Source: Escherichia coli
GTDB lineage: Bacteria > Pseudomonadota > Gammaproteobacteria > Enterobacterales > Enterobacteriaceae
Length of the DNA stretch: 64,000 nucleotides
NCBI RefSeq assembly: GCF_013122565.1
Contig: NZ_CP053258.1
Reading direction: 5' to 3' (one strand)
The notes under the pieces are model-generated. The model worked only from the letters and a program-made list of their open reading frames with translations. It was not told the DNA's origin and did not search any database. Shown here one piece after another: positions 44,925 to 56,867 of this stretch; the stretch's first letter is position 1; every line of letters begins with the position of its first letter. Both the position numbers and the translations under genes were made by a program.

Positions 44925-45503
44925 TTAGCGCACGGCAGCCATTGCCGGAAAATGGCGCGTGGTGCGAATCGGTAGCTGTCGCAGTAAAAGCCAGACAATC
45001 ACCGCTGTAAGAATTTTATCGACCAGGTTTGCGCCTATCACCGTAATCGCCACCGACTCCAACAGGTTTTGCCCCATCGAGTGCATCCAGGCAACGAACA
45101 AATCGGCTCCGCTACCGGTGACACCGCCGAACAGCGCAGTACGCAGCGGTACAGCGACGACCGTTACCGCAAGCGTAATAATCACGCCGCTGACAACGAC
45201 TTTTGGCAGGGTGCGGAACCAACCCGCTCGCGCCAGCCAACCAGCGACCAGGCCTATGACCATCGCGACGGGCGTAAATGCGGCGGCGATCGGGTCGGTC
45301 AGCAATCCCCAAAGTAAATTGGTCAGTAAGCCGGTCAGCATCCCGATCACCGGACCAAGCAGTACCGCGCTAATAAGTGTGCCGATGGAATCGAGAAATA
45401 TAGGTAATTTGACCATGCTGGCCAGTTGCCCGCCGATCATATTGATGGCGATAGATATAACGATTAACACCAGCGCCTGACTGGAAAAGTGGCGACGCGC
45501 CAT
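44925..45503 (-). CDS. Probable ECF transporter substrate-capture (S) component, substrate unknown (accessory)
   Basis: ORF 44925..45602 trimmed to MARRHFSSQALVLIV (GAGAGG ribosome-binding site upstream), giving a roughly 192-aa protein with about six hydrophobic helices, the size and topology typical of S components. Confidence 0.5.
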   Translation of the reverse strand: MARRHFSSQALVLIVISIAINMIGGQLASMVKLPIFLDSIGTLISAVLLGPVIGMLTGLLTNLLWGLLTDPIAAAFTPVAMVIGLVAGWLARAGWFRTLPKVVVSGVIITLAVTVVAVPLRTALFGGVTGSGADLFVAWMHSMGQNLLESVAITVIGANLVDKILTAVIVWLLLRQLPIRTTRHFPAMAAVR

Positions 45504-45525
45504 ATGAAAACCTCTCTGAAAATAG

Positions 45526-45957
45526 TTATTTAACGGGGGAAATATGCAACTCGTCGTAACCAGAAAGCGCGCAAGGCTGGCGGCTAAACGCCAGTTCCTC
45601 AAGGCAGCCGATCACCAGTTCAAGCGTGGTCCGCACGGTACAGCCGGGCATCATATGACCGCCAAGCATCGTGCCGTGTGGATCGGAAACGCAGAGATGA
45701 AGATGTTCACCACTCTGTTCCAGCGTGCCGTTCAATGCGATGACTTCGAACTTACCGCTTAGTAGGGCCGTGTTTTCTTGCCCGGCATAGCGTAAGGCGA
45801 CGTCAGTCAGACTGCCGGTACAACCTGCAATCCACGCGGCGTGGAGTTGTTGTTGCTGCGCGAAGGCGCGCAATAGGGAGAGAACTTCCTGCCCGGGGAG
45901 CAGGCGCAGCGCGTAAAAGCGTGCGGAGGAAGAATATAGGTAGGGCAATGCCATCAT
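45526..45957 (-). CDS. DUF296 / PPC-domain protein (accessory), first gene of the operon
   Basis: 143-aa ORF; the motif order GKFEVIALNG ... HLHLCVSDPHGTMLGGHMMPG ... TTLELVIG parallels the PPC (DUF296) domain as I know it from plant AHL proteins and bacterial homologues. Confidence 0.5.
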   Translation of the reverse strand: MMALPYLYSSSARFYALRLLPGQEVLSLLRAFAQQQQLHAAWIAGCTGSLTDVALRYAGQENTALLSGKFEVIALNGTLEQSGEHLHLCVSDPHGTMLGGHMMPGCTVRTTLELVIGCLEELAFSRQPCALSGYDELHISPVK

Positions 45958-46328
45958 TGGAGTACTCCGAAACTCGGACGTATTGCGGATAATATCGACG
46001 CTGCATCAGTCATATTCTGATATAAGTCAGGGTTTGTGACGGCACAACGAAAAGATTTTGCTACGCTTATTCGTGATTCTGCAAAGTGGAATAAATTCCA
46101 CAGGGGCGGGGCTGAAAACGTGACGTAAGTCAGATAATTGTCTTCTTTGACTGGACAATCATTCCTTTTATTCCATGTTTCGCTTATCCTAGCTGAAGCG
46201 TTTCAGTCGATTAAATGTTCGACAATTAACCAATCAGTCGCAGTTTGCGACAGGTAAGGTTTCCCCGGACGATTTGCTGGATTACTCTGTCTGGCAAATT
46301 TGCTCAGGGAAAACCTTGCAGGAGATCT

Positions 46329-47348
46329 ATGACCGTACGCGTAGCGATAAATGGCTTCGGTCGCATCGGGCGTAATGTGGTTCGTGCTTTGTATGAATCC
46401 GGACGCCGGGCGGAAATTACCGTGGTGGCAATCAACGAACTGGCGGATGCTGCGGGCATGGCGCATTTGTTGAAATATGACACCAGCCATGGCCGTTTTG
46501 CATGGGAAGTACGACAGGAACGCGATCAGCTTTTTGTTGGTGATGACGCCATCCGCGTATTGCATGAACGTTCACTGCAATCGCTCCCCTGGCGTGAACT
46601 TGGCGTTGATGTAGTCCTCGACTGCACCGGCGTATATGGCTCCCGCGAGCATGGCGAAGCGCATATTGCCGCCGGGGCCAAAAAAGTGCTCTTTTCACAT
46701 CCTGGCAGTAACGATCTCGACGCGACCGTTGTTTACGGCGTCAATCAGGATCAACTTCGTGCGGAACACCGCATCGTTTCTAACGCTTCCTGTACCACGA
46801 ATTGCATAATTCCCGTCATCAAATTGTTAGATGATGCGTACGGTATTGAGTCCGGCACTGTGACCACAATTCACTCCGCCATGCACGATCAACAGGTTAT
46901 TGATGCATACCATCCTGACCTGCGTCGCACCCGGGCAGCCAGCCAGTCGATCATTCCGGTCGATACTAAACTGGCCGCCGGTATCACACGATTTTTTCCG
47001 CAATTTAACGATCGCTTTGAAGCGATTGCGGTACGTGTGCCAACCATAAATGTGACGGCAATCGATTTAAGCGTGACGGTGAAGAAACCTGTAAAAGCCA
47101 ATGAAGTCAACCTGTTGCTGCAAAAAGCAGCACAAGGTGCATTTCATGGTATAGTTGACTATACGGAATTGCCGTTGGTCTCTGTAGATTTTAACCACGA
47201 TCCGCACAGTGCCATTGTCGATGGCACCCAAACCCGGGTCAGTGGCGCACACCTGATCAAAACGTTGGTCTGGTGCGATAACGAATGGGGCTTTGCTAAC
47301 CGAATGCTCGACACGACGTTAGCTATGGCTACTGTTGCTTTCAGGTAA
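46329..47348 (+). CDS. epd: D-erythrose-4-phosphate dehydrogenase
   Basis: ORF 46245..47348 trimmed to [15 protein letters not shown] (339 aa); GAPDH family. Confidence 0.9.
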
Positions 47349-47397
47349 GACGCAAGCAGCGTCTGCAAAACTTTTAGAATCAACGAGAGGATTCACC

Positions 47398-48561
47398 ATG
47401 TCTGTAATTAAGATGACCGATCTGGATCTTGCTGGGAAACGTGTATTTATCCGTGCGGATCTGAACGTACCAGTAAAAGACGGGAAAGTAACCAGCGACG
47501 CGCGTATCCGTGCTTCTCTGCCGACCATCGAACTGGCCCTGAAACAAGGCGCAAAAGTGATGGTAACTTCCCACCTGGGTCGTCCTACCGAAGGCGAGTA
47601 CAACGAAGAATTCTCTCTGCTGCCGGTTGTTAACTACCTGAAAGACAAACTGTCTAACCCGGTTCGTCTGGTTAAAGATTACCTCGACGGCGTTGACGTT
47701 GCTGAAGGTGAACTGGTTGTTCTGGAAAACGTTCGCTTCAACAAAGGCGAGAAGAAAGACGACGAAACCCTGTCCAAAAAATACGCTGCACTGTGTGACG
47801 TGTTCGTAATGGACGCATTCGGTACTGCTCACCGCGCGCAGGCTTCTACTCACGGTATCGGTAAATTCGCTGACGTTGCGTGCGCAGGCCCGCTGCTGGC
47901 AGCTGAACTGGACGCGCTGGGTAAAGCACTGAAAGAACCTGCTCGCCCGATGGTGGCTATCGTTGGTGGTTCTAAAGTATCTACCAAACTGACCGTTCTG
48001 GACTCCCTGTCTAAAATCGCTGACCAGCTGATTGTTGGTGGTGGTATCGCTAACACCTTTATCGCGGCACAAGGCCACGATGTGGGTAAATCCCTGTACG
48101 AAGCTGACCTGGTTGACGAAGCAAAACGTCTGCTGACCACCTGCAACATCCCGGTTCCGTCTGATGTTCGCGTAGCAACCGAGTTCTCTGAAACCGCTCC
48201 GGCTACCCTGAAATCTGTTAACGATGTGAAAGCTGACGAGCAGATCCTGGATATCGGTGATGCTTCCGCTCAGGAACTGGCTGAAATCCTGAAGAATGCG
48301 AAAACCATTCTGTGGAACGGTCCGGTTGGCGTGTTCGAATTCCCGAACTTCCGCAAAGGTACTGAAATCGTGGCTAACGCTATCGCAGACAGCGAAGCGT
48401 TCTCCATCGCTGGCGGCGGCGACACTCTGGCAGCAATCGACCTGTTCGGCATTGCTGACAAAATCTCCTACATCTCCACTGGCGGCGGCGCATTCCTCGA
48501 ATTCGTGGAAGGTAAAGTACTGCCTGCAGTAGCGATGCTCGAAGAGCGCGCTAAGAAGTAA
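47398..48561 (+). CDS. pgk: Phosphoglycerate kinase
   Basis: ORF 47335..48561 trimmed to the ATG at 47398 ([15 protein letters not shown]), giving 387 aa. Confidence 0.9.
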
Positions 48562-48565
48562 AAAA

Positions 48566-48595
48566 TCACAGGGCAGGGAAACCTGCCCTTGTTTC
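48566..48595 (+). terminator. Hairpin after pgk
   Basis: CAGGGCAGGGAAACCTGCCCTTG stem-loop followed by TTTCAG; weak T-tract. Confidence 0.35.
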
Positions 48596-48621
48596 AGCGC
48601 GCTTTTAGAGCACGCATTTTT

Positions 48622-48748
48622 TCATACTCTAAATAATTCGAGTTGCAGGAAGGCGACAAGAGAGTGAATCCCCAGGAGCTTACATAAGTAAGTGACCGGG
48701 GTGAGCGAACGCAGACGCAGCACATGCAACTTGAAGTATGACGAGTAT
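48622..48748. repeat. ERIC (IRU) element, about 127 bp
   Basis: Contains the ERIC core GTGAATCCCCAGGAGCTTACATAAGTAAGTGACCGGGGTGAGCG; a near-identical copy lies in inverted orientation at 63477..63605. Confidence 0.7.
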
Positions 48749-48775
48749 AAGGCCCGACGATACAGGACAAGAGAC

Positions 48776-49855
48776 ATGTCTAAGATTTTTGATTTCGTAA
48801 AACCTGGCGTAATCACTGGTGATGACGTACAGAAAGTTTTCCAGGTAGCAAAAGAAAACAACTTCGCACTGCCAGCAGTAAACTGCGTCGGTACTGACTC
48901 CATCAACGCCGTACTGGAAACCGCTGCTAAAGTTAAAGCGCCGGTTATCGTTCAGTTCTCCAACGGTGGTGCTTCTTTTATCGCTGGTAAAGGCGTGAAA
49001 TCTGACGTTCCGCAGGGTGCTGCTATCCTGGGGGCGATCTCTGGTGCGCATCACGTTCACCAGATGGCTGAACATTATGGTGTTCCGGTTATCCTGCATA
49101 CCGACCACTGCGCGAAGAAACTGCTGCCGTGGATCGACGGTCTGCTGGACGCGGGTGAGAAACACTTCGCTGCTACCGGTAAGCCGCTGTTCTCTTCTCA
49201 CATGATCGACCTGTCTGAAGAATCTCTGCAAGAGAACATCGAAATCTGCTCTAAATACCTGGAGCGCATGTCCAAAATCGGCATGACTCTGGAAATCGAA
49301 CTGGGTTGTACCGGTGGTGAAGAAGACGGCGTGGACAACAGCCACATGGACGCTTCTGCACTGTACACCCAGCCGGAAGACGTTGATTACGCATACACCG
49401 AGCTGAGCAAAATCAGCCCGCGTTTCACCATCGCTGCGTCCTTCGGTAACGTACACGGTGTTTACAAGCCGGGTAACGTGGTTCTGACTCCGACCATCCT
49501 GCGTGATTCTCAGGAATATGTTTCTAAGAAACACAACCTGCCGCACAACAGCCTGAACTTCGTATTCCACGGTGGTTCCGGTTCTACTGCTCAGGAAATC
49601 AAAGACTCCGTAAGCTACGGCGTAGTGAAAATGAACATCGATACCGATACCCAATGGGCAACCTGGGAAGGCGTTCTGAACTACTACAAAGCGAACGAAG
49701 CTTATCTGCAGGGTCAGCTGGGTAACCCGAAAGGCGAAGATCAGCCGAACAAGAAATACTACGATCCGCGCGTATGGCTGCGTGCCGGTCAGACTTCGAT
49801 GATCGCTCGTCTGGAAAAAGCATTCCAGGAACTGAACGCGATCGACGTTCTGTAA
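48776..49855 (+). CDS. fbaA: Class II fructose-bisphosphate aldolase
   Basis: ORF 48692..49855 trimmed to MSKIFDFVKPGVITGDD (359 aa). Confidence 0.9.
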   Translation: MSKIFDFVKPGVITGDDVQKVFQVAKENNFALPAVNCVGTDSINAVLETAAKVKAPVIVQFSNGGASFIAGKGVKSDVPQGAAILGAISGAHHVHQMAEHYGVPVILHTDHCAKKLLPWIDGLLDAGEKHFAATGKPLFSSHMIDLSEESLQENIEICSKYLERMSKIGMTLEIELGCTGGEEDGVDNSHMDASALYTQPEDVDYAYTELSKISPRFTIAASFGNVHGVYKPGNVVLTPTILRDSQEYVSKKHNLPHNSLNFVFHGGSGSTAQEIKDSVSYGVVKMNIDTDTQWATWEGVLNYYKANEAYLQGQLGNPKGEDQPNKKYYDPRVWLRAGQTSMIARLEKAFQELNAIDVL

Positions 49856-49878
49856 GTCATTCCTTTCTGCTTATCTCA

Positions 49879-49908
49879 AGGCCCGCTCTGCGGGTCTTTT
49901 TTTCGCCA
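49879..49908 (+). terminator. Rho-independent terminator after fbaA
   Basis: GGCCCGCTCTGCGGGTC followed by TTTTTTT. Confidence 0.5.
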
Positions 49909-50045
49909 AAAGCAAGGTGATACAGATGAGAAATCTGTGATCTATTTGGCAAAATTATGCTTTATTGTTTACCCTTGTCAGACTGCCCGTCATAAGGCGG
50001 CGGAGTGTATTTCTCCATTTTGAGTCAGTTGAAAAGGAATATTGA

Positions 50046-50906
<861 letters not shown>

Positions 50907-51044
50907 TCAACGCTGAGGCCAGATAATACTCTCTGGCCTCTCTCTTATTAGTTTTTCTGATTGCCAATTAATATTATCAATTTCCGCTAATAACAATCCC
51001 GCGATATAGTCTCTGCATCAGATACTTAATTCGGAATATCCAAC

Positions 51045-51680
51045 GTGTTTTCTTATTACTTTCAAGGTCTTGCTCTTGGGGCAGCTATGATTCTGCCGCT
51101 CGGCCCACAAAATGCTTTTGTGATGAATCAGGGCATTCGTCGTCAGTACCACATTATGATTGCCTTACTTTGCGCTATCAGCGATTTGGTCCTGATTTGC
51201 GCGGGGATTTTTGGTGGCAGCGCGTTATTGATGCAGTCACCGTGGTTGCTGGCGCTGGTCACCTGGGGCGGCGTAGCCTTCTTACTCTGGTATGGTTTTG
51301 GCGCTTTTAAAACAGCAATGAGCAGTAATATTGAGTTAGCCAGTGCCGAAGTCCTTAAGCAAGGCAGATGGAAAATTATCGCCACCATGCTGGCAGTGAC
51401 CTGGCTGAATCCGCATGTTTACCTGGATACTTTTGTTGTACTGGGCAGCCTCGGCGGGCAACTTGATGTGGAACCAAAACGTTGGTTTGCGCTCGGGACA
51501 ATTAGCGCCTCTTTCTTGTGGTTCTTTGGTCTGGCTATTCTCGCAGCCTGGCTGGCACCGCGTCTGCGCACGGCAAAAGCACAGCGCATTATCAATCTGG
51601 TAGTGGGATGTGTGATGTGGTTTATTGCCTTGCAGCTGGCGAGAGACGGTATTGCTCATGCACAAGCCTTGTTCAGTTAG
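51045..51680 (+). CDS. argO: Arginine exporter (LysE family)
   Basis: 211-aa membrane ORF. Confidence 0.9.
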   Translation: MFSYYFQGLALGAAMILPLGPQNAFVMNQGIRRQYHIMIALLCAISDLVLICAGIFGGSALLMQSPWLLALVTWGGVAFLLWYGFGAFKTAMSSNIELASAEVLKQGRWKIIATMLAVTWLNPHVYLDTFVVLGSLGGQLDVEPKRWFALGTISASFLWFFGLAILAAWLAPRLRTAKAQRIINLVVGCVMWFIALQLARDGIAHAQALFS

Positions 51681-51772
51681 GCGCTATCTGATGGAAAAAT
51701 AAAACAGAGGCGCTAAGCTTGCCTCCAGAGGTCCTGAATTTTAGGCAAGTCAAATAACACGGAGAGACTAAC

Positions 51773-52513
51773 GTGAAGTTCAAAGTTATCGCCCTGGCGG
51801 CATTAATGGGTATTAGCGGGATGGCAGCGCAGGCTAACGAATTGCCGGATGGACCGCATATTGTCACCTCCGGTACGGCAAGCGTGGATGCGGTGCCAGA
51901 CATTGCCACTCTTGCGATTGAAGTCAACGTGGCCGCGAAGGATGCCGCTACTGCCAAGAAACAGGCAGATGAGCGCGTCGCACAATACATTTCCTTCCTT
52001 GAACTCAATCAGATCGCGAAAAAAGATATCAGCTCAGCGAACTTACGCACCCAGCCAGATTATGATTATCAGGATGGTAAAAGTATCCTGAAAGGCTACC
52101 GTGCTGTGAGAACGGTGGAAGTCACGCTCCGTCAGTTAGACAAACTGAATTCCTTGCTGGATGGCGCGCTGAAGGCGGGTCTTAACGAAATTCGTTCTGT
52201 GTCGCTGGGCGTGGCGCAGCCGGATGCCTATAAAGATAAAGCGCGTAAGGCAGCGATTGATAACGCGATTCATCAGGCGCAGGAACTGGCGAACGGCTTT
52301 CATCGCAAACTGGGGCCGGTATATAGCGTGCGCTACCATGTTTCCAACTATCAGCCCAGCCCAATGGTGCGGATGATGAAAGCCGATGCCGCGCCGGTCT
52401 CAGCCCAGGAAACTTACGAGCAGGCCGCTATTCAGTTTGATGATCAGGTCGATGTGGTCTTCCAGTTAGAACCTGTGGATCAACAACCCGCTAAAACACC
52501 TGCCGCACAATAA
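51773..52513 (+). CDS. yggE: Periplasmic DUF541/SIMPL-like protein YggE
   Basis: 246-aa ORF with a signal peptide. Confidence 0.85.
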   Translation: MKFKVIALAALMGISGMAAQANELPDGPHIVTSGTASVDAVPDIATLAIEVNVAAKDAATAKKQADERVAQYISFLELNQIAKKDISSANLRTQPDYDYQDGKSILKGYRAVRTVEVTLRQLDKLNSLLDGALKAGLNEIRSVSLGVAQPDAYKDKARKAAIDNAIHQAQELANGFHRKLGPVYSVRYHVSNYQPSPMVRMMKADAAPVSAQETYEQAAIQFDDQVDVVFQLEPVDQQPAKTPAAQ

Positions 52514-52680
52514 TACTTGTAGCCCGACGTATTTGTCGGGCTAATGCTTTTACCCGATATTGCCTCCTTTTTCTGTAATTTTCTGTAAAACCATGACGTA
52601 ATCACCTATCTTTGCCCGCAATTTCATCAAGGATAGGCTGACTGAAACGGTTAAGCGGACAAGGATGCGGGGGAGGGAGT

Positions 52681-53577
52681 ATGGACATTTTTATTTCGAA
52701 AAAGATGCGCAATTTCATTTTATTAGCGCAAACCAATAATATTGCCCGGGCGGCAGAAAAAATCCATATGACGGCTTCGCCATTTGGCAAAAGCATTGCT
52801 GCGCTGGAAGAACAAATTGGCTATACGCTATTTACCCGCAAAGATAATAATATCAGCCTCAATAAAGCCGGACAGGAACTGTATCAAAAGCTGTTCCCGG
52901 TTTATCAACGACTTTCTGCGATTGATAATGAAATACATAACTCAGGACGTCGTTCACGAGAAATTGTGATAGGCATAGATAATACTTATCCGACAATTAT
53001 TTTCGATCAGTTGATTAGTCTCGGGGATAAGTATGAAGGCGTGACCGCCCAGCCAGTTGAGTTCAGCGAAAACGGCGTTATCGATAATCTTTTTGACCGT
53101 CAGTTAGATTTTATTATCTCCCCACAGCATGTATCTGCACGAGTTCAGGAACTGGAAAACCTGACTATCAGTGAATTACCACCGCTGCGATTGGGCTTTC
53201 TCGTTTCTCGCCGTTATGAAGAGCGTCAAGAGCAAGAGCTGCTTCAGGAGCTGCCCTGGCTACAAATGCGCTTTCAGAACCGGGCCAACTTCGAAGCAAT
53301 GATTGATGCGAATATGCGACCTTGTGGGATCAATCCAACCATTATTTATCGTCCCTACAGTTTTATGGCCAAAATCAGCGCCGTGGAGCGCGGACATTTT
53401 CTGACGGTGATCCCGCATTTTGCCTGGCGACTGGTGAATCCGGCAACGCTGAAATATTTTGATGCACCGCACAGGCCGATGTATATGCAGGAATATCTTT
53501 ATTCAATCAGAAATCATCGTTATACCGCCACGATGCTTCAGCATATTGCTGAAGATCGTGACGGGACGAGTCATTAA
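52681..53577 (+). CDS. ygfI: LysR-family transcriptional regulator YgfI
   Basis: 298-aa ORF with an N-terminal HTH; convergent with scpC, overlapping by 4 nt. Confidence 0.8.
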   Translation: MDIFISKKMRNFILLAQTNNIARAAEKIHMTASPFGKSIAALEEQIGYTLFTRKDNNISLNKAGQELYQKLFPVYQRLSAIDNEIHNSGRRSREIVIGIDNTYPTIIFDQLISLGDKYEGVTAQPVEFSENGVIDNLFDRQLDFIISPQHVSARVQELENLTISELPPLRLGFLVSRRYEERQEQELLQELPWLQMRFQNRANFEAMIDANMRPCGINPTIIYRPYSFMAKISAVERGHFLTVIPHFAWRLVNPATLKYFDAPHRPMYMQEYLYSIRNHRYTATMLQHIAEDRDGTSH

Positions 53578-55052
53578 CCCAGCATCGAGCCGGTTGCAAT
53601 TAAATTACGGTGTAAGTCGAAGACGTGGCTAAGATCGTGGTGAATATGTCCGCCAGGCGCATTTTCCAGATAGCGATGCAGATAATCCCGATACATAGGA
53701 TGTGCACAATTATCAATGATCGTGCGGGCGCGTTGAAGCGGGGAAAGACCGCGCAGATCGGCGATCCCTTGTTCGGTGATGATCACTTTGACGCTGTGTT
53801 CGCTGTGATCAACATGGCTGCACATTGGCACGACGGTTGAGATCTTGCCTTCTTTAGCAATCGACGGGGCCATAAAGATCGACAGATACGCGTTGCGTTC
53901 AAAATCACCGCTGCCGCCGATGCCGTTCATCAGATCGACCCCGGCTACGTGCGTTGAGTTGGCATGCCCGTAAATATCAAACTCCAGGCCGACGTTCAGA
54001 GCGATGACGCCCAGACGACGGATGATTTCCGGGTTATTGGAAATCTCCTGCGGACGCAACACAATGCGGCTGGCAAAGTAATCCATATTGTCGTAAATCT
54101 TGCGCAGGGAATCGGCCGAGATTGTCAGGCTGGAGGCGCTGGCCCCGCTGATTTTGCCGGTTTCCAGTAAATGCACCACCGATTCCTGTAGCACTTCCGA
54201 ATACATCATAAACGGAGGAATTTCCGGGTTTTCCCCCAGACGCGCCATTACCGCATTATTGATATTGCCCACGCCACTTTGCAGCGGCAGAAATTCCGGC
54301 GGAATACGCCCATGCGCCATTTCCTGCAATAAGAACGTGACCACGTTATCGGCAATCTGCTGGCACATGGGATTTTGCTTATCCAGCATATTACCGGCGT
54401 CGGGCAAGTTGGTTTCCACGACGGCGACAATCTTTTTCGGATCGATTTGCACATAGCGGGTACCGACGCGATCCATTGCATGGAAGATCGACACGCTATT
54501 GCGCCGCGGTGGCGCGCCAGGAATCACAATATCCGCCAGTTCTGCAACGCGCGGATCGTGATAGTGATTGAGTTCAATGATCACTTTCTTCGCTCGCAGC
54601 AGCCAGGTCGGCGCATTACCGATCCCGCTGGTTAACCAGACTCGACCATCTGGTGCCAGTGCCGATGCTTCAATGACGGCAACATCAATGTCGCCGAAGA
54701 AACCGTAATTGACCATTTGCGCCACTTCGCTCAAATGCAGGTCAACGAAACTCACCGCGCCCTGATTGATCTTTTTACGTAAACCGGACGATGTTTGATA
54801 TGGCGCACGCCAGGAAACAGCATCGGCGTCAGAAAGTACATCGTCAGCGGCGGCGCTGATTGACGCCCCCGTCAGCAGGCGAATTTGATACGGCTTTTTG
54901 GCCTCATGCTGTTCGTTAGCTCTGCGGGCAATCGCGGTCGGTAGGGCTTTCGGCGAACCCGCTGGGGTAAAGCCGCTAAATGCCACCATGTCGTTATGCT
55001 GGATAATTTCTGCCGCTTCATCGGCGGTCATCCTTGTCCATTGAGTTTCCAT
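53574..55052 (-). CDS. scpC: Propionyl-CoA:succinate CoA-transferase
   Basis: 492-aa ORF METQWTRMTADEAAEI...; last gene of the sbm operon. Confidence 0.85.
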   Translation of the reverse strand: METQWTRMTADEAAEIIQHNDMVAFSGFTPAGSPKALPTAIARRANEQHEAKKPYQIRLLTGASISAAADDVLSDADAVSWRAPYQTSSGLRKKINQGAVSFVDLHLSEVAQMVNYGFFGDIDVAVIEASALAPDGRVWLTSGIGNAPTWLLRAKKVIIELNHYHDPRVAELADIVIPGAPPRRNSVSIFHAMDRVGTRYVQIDPKKIVAVVETNLPDAGNMLDKQNPMCQQIADNVVTFLLQEMAHGRIPPEFLPLQSGVGNINNAVMARLGENPEIPPFMMYSEVLQESVVHLLETGKISGASASSLTISADSLRKIYDNMDYFASRIVLRPQEISNNPEIIRRLGVIALNVGLEFDIYGHANSTHVAGVDLMNGIGGSGDFERNAYLSIFMAPSIAKEGKISTVVPMCSHVDHSEHSVKVIITEQGIADLRGLSPLQRARTIIDNCAHPMYRDYLHRYLENAPGGHIHHDLSHVFDLHRNLIATGSMLG

Positions 55053-55075
55053 TTTTACTCCTTCGTTCGCAGGGA

Positions 55076-55861
55076 TTAATGACCAACGAAATTAGGTTTA
55101 CGTTTTTCGAGGAAAGCGTTCATCCCTTCCTGGTAATCTTCGCTGTCATAAACCGCGCGGCGCATCCCCTGAATACGTTCAAATTCATCGGAGTTCATGG
55201 TGTGTGCTTCGCCCAGTACACGCAGCTCTTCTTTGATAACGGCAATGGCTAACGGCGCTTTCTCAGAGATGTGGTGCGCCATTTGTAAGGTGAAATCTTC
55301 CAGTTCTTCCACTTCCACAACATGGTTGAGGATGCCGACAGCCAGCGCGCGCTGGGCGGTGATTGGCGAAGCGGTAAAAATCAGCTCTTTGACAATGTGG
55401 AAGCCCGCGTCGCGGGTCAGGTTGTGAATGCCGACCAGGTTATACGGGACGCCGAGGTTTACAGGCGTCATTGAGAAGGTTGAGGTACTGGCGGCGATGA
55501 TCAGATCGGAACTCATGATCATTTCAAATGCGCCACCCCAAACACTACCTTCCACCATCGAAATGATCGGTTTCGGGAATTTTTGGATCATGCGGGTGAT
55601 TTGACGCAATGGATCATCATAGGAGAGCGGATCGCGACCGCCAGACGGCAGTTCGTGAATATCGTGACCTGCGGAGAAGACTTTGGATCCACTCGGCGCG
55701 CGCAAAATGATACAGCGAATTTCCGGCCGGTTGAGATCGCTTAACGCCTGCATAAGATCATCAATAAAGACTTTACTTAAGGCATTAAGTTTTCGGCCAT
55801 AGTTAAACTCAATGACCGCCACTTTGTTGATAGTGGCAACGTTCACATACTGATAAGACAT
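55076..55861 (-). CDS. scpB: Methylmalonyl-CoA decarboxylase (crotonase fold)
   Basis: ORF 55076..55903 trimmed to MSYQYVNVATINKV (261 aa). Confidence 0.85.
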   Translation of the reverse strand: MSYQYVNVATINKVAVIEFNYGRKLNALSKVFIDDLMQALSDLNRPEIRCIILRAPSGSKVFSAGHDIHELPSGGRDPLSYDDPLRQITRMIQKFPKPIISMVEGSVWGGAFEMIMSSDLIIAASTSTFSMTPVNLGVPYNLVGIHNLTRDAGFHIVKELIFTASPITAQRALAVGILNHVVEVEELEDFTLQMAHHISEKAPLAIAVIKEELRVLGEAHTMNSDEFERIQGMRRAVYDSEDYQEGMNAFLEKRKPNFVGH

Positions 55862-55871
55862 AAAAATTCCT

Positions 55872-56867
55872 TTAATCAAAATATTGCGTCTGGATAAATT
55901 CACTGAGCTGCCGCAGGCCGGTGCGCGGTGAGAGCGTATTGTTTTTGACCGCTAAAAGCGTCTGGCGGTAATAGCGATCGAAATCTTCATTCGCGAACAG
56001 GTGATTCAGTACTTCTTCTTCGGTCTGCTTACGCAGCCATTCCACCGATTGTTGTTGCCGCACTTGTTGTAAACGACCACTGGCAGTTAGCGCGGTTTTG
56101 AAGTCGATGATGGCGTGCCAGATCTCATCGATTCCACGTTTTTCCAGTGCGCTACAAGTCAGAACCCGTGGCTGCCATTCGTCGTATTTACGTCGCAGAA
56201 TATGCAGGGCACTCTCGTACATATGCCGGGCAATGGCGACATTGGTATGGTTATCGCCATCGTCTTTGTTGATAACGATCAGATCAGCCACTTCCATCAG
56301 CCCTTTTTTAATGCCCTGCAGATCATCGCCGCCACCGGCAATTTGCAACGAGATAAAACAGTCCACCATGCGGGCGACTTCCGTTTCCGACTGCCCGACG
56401 CCAACCGTTTCGACAATCACTACGTCATAACCCGCCGCTTCGCATAACAGCATTAATTCCCGCGCTCGCTGACTGGCACCGCCCAGATGACCGGAGGATG
56501 GTACCGGGCGAATAAACGCCGTCTCGGCACGCGCCAGGTCATTCATGCGGGTTTTATCCCCGAGAATGCTACCGCCAGTGACCGGACTGCTGGGATCGAC
56601 CGCAATAACCGCAACCTTTAATCCATCACGAATCAACAACATGCCAAAGGCTTCAAGAAAGGTACTTTTCCCCGCGCCGGGTGTGCCGGTAACGCCCAGT
56701 CGCAGGGCGTTACCGCAGTACGGCATAATGGCATCAAGCAGTTGCGTACTTAGCGCCTGATGACGCGGGTGACGGCTTTCCACCAGCGTCATGGCCTGGG
56801 CGAGTGTGGCACGCTCACCCTGACGTAAGCGGCGAATACTTTCTGCCAGCGTGGCTTCATTAATCAT
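55872..56867 (-). CDS. argK: MeaB-like G-protein chaperone for methylmalonyl-CoA mutase
   Basis: 331-aa ORF with a P-loop GTPGAGKST. Confidence 0.85.
   Translation of the reverse strand: MINEATLAESIRRLRQGERATLAQAMTLVESRHPRHQALSTQLLDAIMPYCGNALRLGVTGTPGAGKSTFLEAFGMLLIRDGLKVAVIAVDPSSPVTGGSILGDKTRMNDLARAETAFIRPVPSSGHLGGASQRARELMLLCEAAGYDVVIVETVGVGQSETEVARMVDCFISLQIAGGGDDLQGIKKGLMEVADLIVINKDDGDNHTNVAIARHMYESALHILRRKYDEWQPRVLTCSALEKRGIDEIWHAIIDFKTALTASGRLQQVRQQQSVEWLRKQTEEEVLNHLFANEDFDRYYRQTLLAVKNNTLSPRTGLRQLSEFIQTQYFD

Noticed and set aside
45958-46328. Possible riboswitch in the leader of the DUF296–ECF operon
   Set aside because: ECF operons are often riboswitch-controlled, but I could not find a convincing conserved core by eye (for example the TPP CUGAGA box). 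A covariance-model scan is needed before calling anything; this region must also contain the epd promoter on the other strand.
47380-49654. Minus-strand ORFs of 232 and 324 aa antisense to pgk and fbaA
   Set aside because: Shadow ORFs of highly expressed glycolytic genes. The 3' tail of the fbaA shadow ORF is encoded by the ERIC element and recurs in the ORF at 63184..63546, showing it is repeat-derived rather than a protein.
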